A stretch of DNA of 42,412 bases from a virus, in IMG/VR virus record IMGVR_UViG_3300009609_000018, positions 1 to 42,412 of that record, one strand, 5' to 3'. Each line of letters begins with the position of its first letter. The first letter of the stretch is position 1. Shown here one piece after another: positions 33,992 to 40,542 of the stretch. The notes under the pieces were generated by a model. That model was not told the DNA's origin and did not search any database. It saw nothing but the letters and a program-made list of their open reading frames with translations. Made by a program: the position numbers and the translations under genes.

Positions 33992-34215
33992 TTGTGCCCC
34001 CAAGCGGCTGGAATGTTGCGGCGGATAGATTGAGCTAGGGCCGGAATGTCGGCCAGTTCTGGCAGGGGCGGAACGATACCAGAAACCACGCCCCTAGATT
34101 GCCAGAAATAACGGATTGCGTTTTCGATCTTTTCGCGGGTGTAATGTTGCGGCTGGTCAGACGTGCGAATTAATGGGCGGCTCATGGGTCCGGTTTCTCG
34201 GTTGCGGACGTTCAT
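33988..34215 (-). CDS. Hypothetical protein (start uncertain: 34215 or 34185)
   Basis: The track start at 34242 is a TTG. The first ATGs are at 34215 and 34185, and both have weak RBSs. Confidence 0.45.
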   Translation of the reverse strand: MNVRNRETGPMSRPLIRTSDQPQHYTREKIENAIRYFWQSRGVVSGIVPPLPELADIPALAQSIRRNIPAAWGHK

Positions 34216-34281
34216 CGTACACTCAGGTAGCCCCCCGGTCAATGCTGAACAGGGGGCGGCCCGACAGACGGTAGAACAGAT

Positions 34282-34794
34282 TTATGAACGGGGTGAAGTG
34301 GACAGTACCCACTTAATGACTTCGATATCCCCTGCCATCGCGTACATAGCAACCAAGCCGGCACACTTTTCGCGGCGTTGCGCTTCGGTGAAACGGGGGT
34401 AAGCAATCCCATACTTTTCGTATGCGAACGTTTCCAGTTCCATCGTGGAGCGGTTGCGCAAAACGTGTTCAACCATTGGCGCGCAGTCCCAAAGGGTTGC
34501 GCCTGCGGACTTCGGGCCGCCTTCAAGTCGGCATCCGCTGTTATATGGCGGGGCCACTTCTAGGCGCTCACACTCCCACGCTTTGGCTTGCTGCCCTTGA
34601 GCGGGGCCGATATCATGGTCCGGCGTCGGGTCCGGTCTACCAATACCGACAAAATCGAACTCCGGTTGAGTAGGCGCGGCCTCTTCCAGAATCTCCGGCT
34701 TGATCCTGGCCCTTGCCTGCTTCCCCTCGCGTACCCTTTTAACGGCTGCGGCTTTGCGTACCGGCTTGCGGGCCGGTTTCGTGGTCTTGCGCAT
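34282..34794 (-). CDS. Hypothetical protein with a strongly basic N-terminus (170 aa)
   Basis: AAGGGGA RBS. N-terminus is MRKTTKPARKPVRKAAAVKRVREGK. Confidence 0.6.
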   Translation of the reverse strand: MRKTTKPARKPVRKAAAVKRVREGKQARARIKPEILEEAAPTQPEFDFVGIGRPDPTPDHDIGPAQGQQAKAWECERLEVAPPYNSGCRLEGGPKSAGATLWDCAPMVEHVLRNRSTMELETFAYEKYGIAYPRFTEAQRREKCAGLVAMYAMAGDIEVIKWVLSTSPRS

Positions 34795-34812
34795 AGTGGT
34801 ATCCCCTTAGAG

Positions 34813-34837
34813 GAATGGCCCCGCGTGGGGGCCATTC
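34813..34837. other. Perfect 10-bp stem-loop GAATGGCCCC-N5-GGGGCCATTC
   Basis: Read from the sequence. Lies between the 166-aa and 170-aa genes, 8 nt upstream of the RBS of the latter. No U-tract. Confidence 0.4.
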
Positions 34838-34903
34838 GGTTTGGCCGTTAGAATGACGTGTCATGCTACGGCGGCGTATTGGGCCGCCGTCCATGGCGAC
34901 TAA

Positions 34904-35404
34904 TCAGGCTTCTTCGGCAATCGCTTCTTCGGCATCCTGCGGGCTGCACTCGGCCAGCAGGCTTTCCAGTTCGTACACGCGGGCCTGCGCGGCATCGCGG
35001 GCACTGCGGATTGCGGCCTGCACCAGATCGTCACGCTTGGCGATGGCGGCGATCAGGGCACCGTACACCTTATAACCCTGCTTCGTGCCCTTCGGGGCGT
35101 CGTCGTCCAGCGGGGTCGAATCCAGCACGTTACCGGCCAGATCATAGGCGACAATCTGGTAGCCCTTTTTATCCTCGCCCTTCTCGTTTTGCGCGTCCAG
35201 ATTCACGCGGGACAGGGTAACGAAAGCCACACCGTTAACGGCGGTCGCGGCGACGAGCTTGCGGCCCGTGTCCTTGAACGAGCCGGAAACGAAAGCGGCT
35301 CCACGGTTCGCCATCTGAGCGGCGGCGTATTCGGCTGGCGGCTGGCCGATGTTGTCGGTATAGACGGAAAGGCCGGCGGCTACGAGCAGGTCATTACGGT
35401 TCAT
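34904..35404 (-). CDS. Hypothetical early protein with an acidic C-terminal tail (166 aa)
   Basis: First gene after a near-consensus promoter. AAAGGA RBS. The C-terminus is QDAEEAIAEEA. Confidence 0.65.
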   Translation of the reverse strand: MNRNDLLVAAGLSVYTDNIGQPPAEYAAAQMANRGAAFVSGSFKDTGRKLVAATAVNGVAFVTLSRVNLDAQNEKGEDKKGYQIVAYDLAGNVLDSTPLDDDAPKGTKQGYKVYGALIAAIAKRDDLVQAAIRSARDAAQARVYELESLLAECSPQDAEEAIAEEA

Positions 35405-35449
35405 GGCAGTATCCTTTTGATAAGAGTGTCGCGCGGGTGCGCATATGTG

Positions 35450-35477
35450 ATATTACGGACTTTGGAACAGGTGTCAA
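35450..35477 (-). promoter_or_regulatory. Sigma70-like promoter TTGACA-N16-TAATAT
   Basis: Hexamers and spacing read on the minus strand, in a 104-nt intergenic gap. Confidence 0.5.
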
Positions 35478-35508
35478 TAGCCTAATGCAATTTTCTTACA
35501 ACTATTTT

Positions 35509-35745
35509 CTAGCGTCGCGGTCCTTTGCAATCGGACTCCCTCACTACGGTAACGCCCCGGCCCGTATGGTGGTAGCCGTGACCTATTAGAACGTGATGTG
35601 TTGCCTGATCCACTTGGCCGTCATATGTCCAGCTATCAGGCATCCATTGAATGACGATACAATCCCCCACTAGAAACAGATCAGCGACTACGAAAGCCCC
35701 ATATTCAGGGAAATGGACTACTGCGCCAGTATAGATACAGGACAT
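35509..35745 (-). CDS. Hypothetical protein (78 aa)
   Basis: Start MSCIYTG with TAATG coupling to the upstream stop. Confidence 0.5.
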   Translation of the reverse strand: MSCIYTGAVVHFPEYGAFVVADLFLVGDCIVIQWMPDSWTYDGQVDQATHHVLIGHGYHHTGRGVTVVRESDCKGPRR

Positions 35746-36053
35746 TAGAAAAGGTACTCCGGTTCGTTGGGTTCGTCGCAGCATTCGCGGGGGTAGCATT
35801 CGGAATAATTGAACTCCCCCGGTCCAGCCATATAAAGACGGTTTGCGATTTTGTCCAGACCGTGGGGCAAATCGTCAACGTCTACCGGCTCCCCATCCAG
35901 ACTGTAACGGGGGTCGGTAACGTCTAGCTCATCCGGGTATCCGGGGTCGCCATTGTGTAGGGTATGAATACCGGGGGTGACAGTCACGGCATAATCACAT
36001 GCCAGCACGCGGCCATCGGCGAGGGTGAACGTAGTGCGGACAAGGGTAGTCAT
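35745..36053 (-). CDS. Hypothetical acidic protein (102 aa)
   Basis: Start MTTLVRT with an ATGA overlap. Confidence 0.55.
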   Translation of the reverse strand: MTTLVRTTFTLADGRVLACDYAVTVTPGIHTLHNGDPGYPDELDVTDPRYSLDGEPVDVDDLPHGLDKIANRLYMAGPGEFNYSECYPRECCDEPNEPEYLF

Positions 36054-36274
36054 TGCGGGTCCAGTATAGCGGCAGGGGCGGCGGCGTAGGGCACGCCACA
36101 ATCAGCGAGGAAGCGCGGCACGTCGAAGCTAGGATTATCGGCTTTAATACAATATGCGATTGTACGCGCAACCCCATAGATAACCTCAGTCCTAGGGGCC
36201 TCCCTTAGCAGGGGCGCAACGGACAATTCAGCCTTGAAAACGGCGTGTAGCAAAACGTAGTCGCGGCGTGTCAT
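36050..36274 (-). CDS. Hypothetical protein (74 aa)
   Basis: Start MTRRDYV with an ATGA overlap. Confidence 0.55.
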   Translation of the reverse strand: MTRRDYVLLHAVFKAELSVAPLLREAPRTEVIYGVARTIAYCIKADNPSFDVPRFLADCGVPYAAAPAAILDPQ

Positions 36275-36648
36275 TTGAAGCCCTCCCAACGGCGGAGTTC
36301 TTGATACATTTCCGGGTGATCGGTGCGCAGTTCGTTCATCATTTCCCGGTACACTTCCGGGCTATCCGTGCGCAGCTTAAATGCCTGCCAGCGCGGCTGA
36401 ATCTGTCCATACCAAAGGCTAGCCCCGACGATATATGCCCAAATCAGACCGGAAAAGGTTAGGGATTCGTTTAGGGACTGGTCGCCCCATTCCACAAACC
36501 CCCAGACCGTCAACCCGTAAGCAATAGCGAGGAACAGAAGCCACGCAATCGCCCCTAGAATACAGCGCACGGCACGGGGCCACACAAGGGCTAGGAATAT
36601 AAGCCCTAGCAGCCATGCAATCACGGTCACGGCTTGGCACTCCCGCAC
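36271..36648 (-). CDS. Integral membrane protein (3-4 TM helices)
   Basis: Hydrophobic helices VTVIAWLLGLIFLALVW, ILGAIAWLLFLAIAYGLTVWGF and GLIWAYIVGASLW. An alternative GTG start at 36630 overlaps the upstream stop. Confidence 0.65.
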   Translation of the reverse strand: MRECQAVTVIAWLLGLIFLALVWPRAVRCILGAIAWLLFLAIAYGLTVWGFVEWGDQSLNESLTFSGLIWAYIVGASLWYGQIQPRWQAFKLRTDSPEVYREMMNELRTDHPEMYQELRRWEGFK

Positions 36649-36866
36649 GTGGGGAAGATTAGACCACTAGCGGCCTTGCTATCGGTGAAACCGCGCCCCT
36701 TGCGAAGCTGGTAAGCCGTGAAGCCTCGCGCGCAGCATTCGCGGGCTGCGATGCTATGCCAAGCGGCGTCATTGTTGCGGCCGTCCAGAATCACTAGGGA
36801 ACGGTCGCCTACTCCCGGCGACAGGTTCCCGGCTAGGTCGGACTTGTAAAATTCAGCGTAGATCAT
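36627..36866 (-). CDS. Hypothetical protein (79 aa)
   Basis: Preceded by the conserved leader AGGACTAAAGAGCC-ATG. Confidence 0.55.
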   Translation of the reverse strand: MIYAEFYKSDLAGNLSPGVGDRSLVILDGRNNDAAWHSIAARECCARGFTAYQLRKGRGFTDSKAASGLIFPTCGSAKP

Positions 36867-36931
36867 GGCTCTTTAGTCCTGGGGTTTTGAGTGACGGAGG
36901 GGGGCCAGTTTCCCAGCCCCCCCGGTTTGGA

Positions 36932-37762
36932 TCACGCGGCCTTCAATTCCGCCATGCGCTCGGCGAGGGTCCAAAGTGCGCGATTGATCTTGACGTTCTG
37001 GTCAATGCCGTTAACCTCGCGGGTGCTAGTGCGACGGCCGTTAGCATTGCGGCCCCGGATGCCGCCCTTAATCATGTTTTCCTGAACGCGGTTAAACGTG
37101 CTCCACAAATCCTGTTCGTTATCTTCCCAACGGCGGGGGCGCAGGATATCGCGGGCCGTGATGGGGGCCGGGGTTTCATCGTCATACTTGAGGGTAAGCG
37201 CGGCCTCAGCGAATGCGGTTTGTTCGCTACCCAAAAGCTTAACCCCGGTCATCTGGTCGCGCCGGTCTGCGATGGCCTTAAACCCGTCCACGACCGTAAA
37301 TGCGCCCTCGATAACGTCGTCTACAATGTTGCCCTTGTGGCGGATGCGGATATCGTTAAACGTGTCACCGCAAACAAGGCCGTTCATGCAGACGAAACGG
37401 AACATGCCCGCAAGCATTTGGTAGGACGACGTTCCATCGTGGCTGTTAATCAGGATAATTTCGTTAGCTTCTCCCGCGTTGATTTGCGAGGCGTGACGCA
37501 GGCGAATCATATGCTTTGTGAATTCGCGCTTATCTGCAATCCGGGTGCGCGACTGGCCGACCATGAACGGCTGGAATCCCTCTTTCCTAAGGCCCTGCAA
37601 AACGTCAACGGTGGGCACGAAGGCATAACGATCGGAGCGGCTATGGTGCGCGTCGGTGGCAAAGATGGAGGGGGCAACGCGCATGATTTGGGCGTCGGAA
37701 AGGGGGCTATCAGCGCGGAACTGAATGGGGGCGGCGAAACGAGCGGCGAGGGCGGTAGACAT
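36932..37762 (-). CDS. DUF932-family protein (YfjQ/YafZ-like; typical of plasmid, ICE and prophage leading regions)
   Basis: 276 aa. The core LINSHDGTSSY...FRFVCMNGLV is recalled as the DUF932 signature. The 297-aa antisense ORF 36887..37780 is rejected. Confidence 0.7.
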   Translation of the reverse strand: MSTALAARFAAPIQFRADSPLSDAQIMRVAPSIFATDAHHSRSDRYAFVPTVDVLQGLRKEGFQPFMVGQSRTRIADKREFTKHMIRLRHASQINAGEANEIILINSHDGTSSYQMLAGMFRFVCMNGLVCGDTFNDIRIRHKGNIVDDVIEGAFTVVDGFKAIADRRDQMTGVKLLGSEQTAFAEAALTLKYDDETPAPITARDILRPRRWEDNEQDLWSTFNRVQENMIKGGIRGRNANGRRTSTREVNGIDQNVKINRALWTLAERMAELKAA

Positions 37763-37805
37763 GGCTATTTATTCCTATGAGATGAATGTTGCGGGGTGAG
37801 TGGCT

Positions 37806-37834
37806 AGATTAGGGGTTTAGGGGCTGGGTGTCAA
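37806..37834 (-). promoter_or_regulatory. Sigma70-like promoter TTGACA-N17-TAATCT upstream of the DUF932 gene
   Basis: Read on the minus strand. The -10 element is 44 nt from the ATG. Confidence 0.45.
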
Positions 37835-37867
37835 CCCCTTTTTTACCACATTTTTATGAATAGGGAT

Positions 37868-37951
37868 TCACTGCCAGAGGTAACGGCGGAACATGGCACG
37901 GTGAATGGTGAGGGCCGACACTATGCAAAGCCCCACGATAACGGCGGCCAT
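37868..37951 (-). CDS. Micro-ORF encoding a 27-aa hydrophobic peptide (MAAVIVGLCIVSALTIHRAMFRRYLWQ)
   Basis: TAATG coupling to the stop of the upstream 167-aa gene. Fills an otherwise empty 190-nt gap. Confidence 0.35.
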   Translation of the reverse strand: MAAVIVGLCIVSALTIHRAMFRRYLWQ

Positions 37952-38454
37952 TAGTAGTCCGTCCCGGCCGCCAGATGGGCAGCCACAATGCCGAGATATG
38001 CCAGTTTGCACTCTTTCACTTGTTCCGGGGTGGCATTGTATATGTTATCAATCCCCAATTCTGCGCGCTTGTTTTCGTATGCCTCTTTAACGGCCCGATA
38101 ATATGCGAGGCTAGCGGCAGCATCGACGTTCAATGCGTCACCGTGCGCGGCCGTGAAAGCGGCGTATTCTTGGAGGTCCGAATATTCGGACAGGGCAGCC
38201 GGGTAAAGATGGCCGTTAGCGTCTACCGCTATCGCCATGGATACGCGGGAGTACGTGCCGGCCTTTGGCTTGTTCCAAACTAGCCCCGGCTTTTTGGGGT
38301 TGCTGGTCTGGGTGCAATAGCGGAAGCCTTTACCCTTGCGAAACTCCACCCATACGCGCATCGTGCAACGCAAGCGGAAACCGTAGGGGTAATCCTGCAC
38401 GGTCACGGCGGTTTCAGGGGATACGGCGGCGGCTCGGTTTGCGGCGGTTGTCAT
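37951..38454 (-). CDS. Hypothetical protein (167 aa)
   Basis: Preceded by the conserved leader AGGACTAAACAGCC-ATG. Ordinary composition. Confidence 0.65.
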   Translation of the reverse strand: MTTAANRAAAVSPETAVTVQDYPYGFRLRCTMRVWVEFRKGKGFRYCTQTSNPKKPGLVWNKPKAGTYSRVSMAIAVDANGHLYPAALSEYSDLQEYAAFTAAHGDALNVDAAASLAYYRAVKEAYENKRAELGIDNIYNATPEQVKECKLAYLGIVAAHLAAGTDY

Positions 38455-38530
38455 GGCTGTTTAGTCCTATGGTGGCGGGTGGGGGTTTAGGATACTGCCC
38501 CCTCATGCGAAGGGGCAGCGGCCTAGGCCC

Positions 38531-38863
38531 TCAGACGCGCGCCACAAGGGCCGCCATTTCATCGCCCCCGGTATAGTCGGCGATGAGTTCCGAACCGTCG
38601 TGCGCGTTGCCATAAATGAGGTATGCGGTTCCGATGCGCTCGCCGGTCGCCTTACGAAAGCGAATGCGATCCTCGCCAGTGGTCGCCATCGCGGCCAGAA
38701 TGGTCATGCGGTCTGCGGACTGTTTAACCGTCCATTCCTCGCCGTCCTGAACGCTTACCACATAGCCGGCCTCTAGGGCTAGGCGGATCAGGCGACGGGC
38801 TTTCACGGCCTCGCCGGGGCTGGCAAAGCGGTCTAGGGCGATGCGGGTATCGGCTACGTTCAT
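38531..38863 (-). CDS. Hypothetical protein (110 aa), first gene of the minus-strand block
   Basis: Preceded by the conserved leader AGGACTAAAGAGCC-ATG and a promoter-like element ~75 nt upstream. Confidence 0.65.
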   Translation of the reverse strand: MNVADTRIALDRFASPGEAVKARRLIRLALEAGYVVSVQDGEEWTVKQSADRMTILAAMATTGEDRIRFRKATGERIGTAYLIYGNAHDGSELIADYTGGDEMAALVARV

Positions 38864-38937
38864 GGCTCTTTAGTCCTATGTTGTTTGAGAGGGTGGGGCG
38901 GTTGCCGGTTTCGGCGGTGTGGTCGTGGTGCGAAGCC

Positions 38938-38967
38938 ATTATCTGGGCGTCACGTTATTTCGGTCAA
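38938..38967 (-). promoter_or_regulatory. Sigma70-like promoter TTGACC-N18-GATAAT (candidate early leftward promoter)
   Basis: Hexamers and spacing read on the minus strand, in the divergent control region. Confidence 0.45.
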
Positions 38968-39016
38968 TGCCGTTCGTCATGCCAGTTTGTGCCGTTCGTC
39001 GGTTGCGAGGGTCTGA

Positions 39017-39231
39017 GGGGTCCGGGGCGGTTCCAAAGGTCGGCGAGGCTGGACCCCCTTGTATGTCATTGATTGCGCTAGGTTTTATGTAGTGGGGTCC
39101 AGGGGGTCCGGACCCTTTTAAGGTAATATATGAGATTGAGAGAGTTACAAAAAAGAGGCTTTTTTAAGGGCAAAACTGTGTAGCGAGTTAAAAGGGGGGC
39201 GGACCCCGGACTTCCGGACCCCCTGCGGGGG
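39017..39231. promoter_or_regulatory. Iteron-like array of GGGGTCC/GGACCCC heptamers bracketing an AT-rich ~80-bp core (candidate origin or regulator-binding region)
   Basis: GGGGTCC at 39017, 39094 and 39103. GGACCCC at 39051, 39201 and 39216. GGGTCCGGACCC palindrome at 39104-39115. AT-rich tract at 39116-39195. CCCCC-TGC-GGGGG hairpin at 39219-39231. Confidence 0.4.
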
Positions 39232-39473
39232 ATTTGGAGCGGCCGGGGCGTCGGGCTTTGGTAGGGCCGCCCTCGCGCCCCGGCTCGCGCGTGGAATCCC
39301 CCTTGTTTTCAGCCTCGCGCGCCAAATTTCAACGCGCAGCCCCCCACCCGCCACCCTCGTACCTGAGAGGGGGGGCAATCGCAGCCACGGGCCGCGCAGG
39401 CCCGGCTTCAGGTTCCTGAACGACGGCCGGGGGGCTTCCGTCGCATGAGTATGCAAGTATCATGCCAACAAAT

Positions 39474-39524
39474 ATGTTCCACGTGGAACATGCGCCGACC
39501 ACGTGCCCACGTTCCACGTGGAAC
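39474..39524. promoter_or_regulatory. Operator-like palindromes: an 18-bp perfect palindrome ATGTTCCACGTGGAACAT (39474-39491) and a 14-bp one GTTCCACGTGGAAC (39511-39524), with a third CACGTG half-site at 39500-39505
   Basis: Read directly from the sequence. The centres of the two full sites are 35 bp apart, upstream of the packaging/structural block. Confidence 0.5.
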
Positions 39525-39589
39525 CATACCCATACGTAGGGGTACGGTCAGAGGTCCGCTATTCAGATACCTTAACAGGAGGCCGGGGG

Positions 39590-39622
39590 ATGCCCGAAGA
39601 AGTGCCGGGCCTAGCTAGCTAG
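39590..39622 (+). CDS. Candidate 10-codon leader ORF (MPEEVPGLAS)
   Basis: Perfect AGGAGG (39577-39582) 7 nt before the ATG. The ORF terminates inside the CTAGCTAGCTAG palindrome. Confidence 0.3.
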   Translation: MPEEVPGLAS

Positions 39623-39625
39623 TAG
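39611..39625. other. CTAGCTAGCTAG+TAG: a 12-bp palindrome placing amber stops in all three frames of both strands
   Basis: TAG at 39612, 39616, 39620 and 39623 on the plus strand. Because the 12-mer is a palindrome, the same holds on the minus strand. Confidence 0.8.
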
Positions 39626-39676
39626 CACCCCCGGACTTAGGAAGAAGCACAACCAAAAAAGCTCATCTCATCCCCT

Positions 39677-39979
39677 ATGAGACTTCATGTGCCGCGCCAT
39701 CACTTTACGTCGGACCCCAATCGAGTTAATCTCTACCATATGAACCCGTACCGCGTCGAAGCCTTTGGAGAGTTAGTAATCCCCAAAGATTGGGTATTCT
39801 ATACGGCACTGGCCGCACGCTTGCATCGCGCGAATAACGAGGAAGCCTTGCAGGATTTGATTAATATAATTGCACGGATTAGAAGGACACGTGCAACAAG
39901 ATACTATGCCGCCCTAGGCGATGATATTACGACAACACTCGCAGGACGCGAACGATCAGTAAGAGGGATCAAAGAATGA
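39677..39979 (+). CDS. Hypothetical protein (100 aa; start uncertain)
   Basis: The stop overlaps the terS ATG (ATGA), which supports translation. No good RBS at 39677, and there is an internal ATG at 39740. Confidence 0.5.
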   Translation: MRLHVPRHHFTSDPNRVNLYHMNPYRVEAFGELVIPKDWVFYTALAARLHRANNEEALQDLINIIARIRRTRATRYYAALGDDITTTLAGRERSVRGIKE

Positions 39980-40542
39980 ATAACCTTCCGGCACTCCTGA
40001 TTGATGAATCCCCTGAGGCAGAATGGGCACTCGCTGACCCTAAAAGCATCGCGGGGCGGGTAACGCGCGCACGTAATGAAGGGTTCGTAAACCTTACCCC
40101 CTACCAACGCCAGTTTGCACTGGAATTCGTGCTGTCCGGCGCTAGCCTCAAGAAGATCGCACGGGTTATGGAACTGCCCCGGCCCATGATTCAGAAAATG
40201 TATAACGATCCAGTAACTCGCGCGTATATAACCGATTTACAGAAAGAAGTAGCCGCGCAACGCGTTATTAATGACCAGTGGGTGGAGAATCAGATTCTAC
40301 AGAATATGCCCAAACTACTCGGCGAAGAGCCGGTAGATATTGTGACCTCAAAGGGCTGTCATATTAAAAAAAGAAAATACCACGCGGCAGAACTCACTAG
40401 CCTATTTAGGCACTTCGGTGGGGGCCAGGAATCCAAGCAGGCTGGGGCCGGTGGAGTTAATGTGCAAATCAACTTCGGGGATATTCTGTCAAAGCCGCCC
40501 ACAGTGACGCTCAACATGGACGATCAAAACGAAGATGCGTGA
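39976..40542 (+). CDS. terS: Terminase small subunit
   Basis: 188 aa immediately upstream of and overlapping terL. HTH-like segment LTPYQRQFALEFVLSGASLKKIARVM. Confidence 0.7.
   Translation: MNNLPALLIDESPEAEWALADPKSIAGRVTRARNEGFVNLTPYQRQFALEFVLSGASLKKIARVMELPRPMIQKMYNDPVTRAYITDLQKEVAAQRVINDQWVENQILQNMPKLLGEEPVDIVTSKGCHIKKRKYHAAELTSLFRHFGGGQESKQAGAGGVNVQINFGDILSKPPTVTLNMDDQNEDA

Noticed and set aside
34214-34242. TTGACC-N17-TACGAT promoter-like element
   Set aside because: The -10 hexamer overlaps the most likely ATG (34215) of the downstream ORF, and the -35 element is the TTG used as the track start. It cannot be reconciled with the coding start without more data.
36887-37780. 297-aa plus-strand ORF antisense to the DUF932 gene
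   Set aside because: It runs opposite to the whole operon, starts on a non-ATG codon, and has an implausible Gly/Ala/Arg-rich sequence. The minus-strand frame carries a recognisable family signature.
39145-39456. 103-aa minus-strand ORF and other short ORFs (38878..39072, 39234..39419, 39329..39517) in the control region
   Set aside because: The products are implausible, mostly Arg/Pro/Gly-rich. They lack an RBS and coupling, and the region is better explained by repeats, palindromes and promoters.
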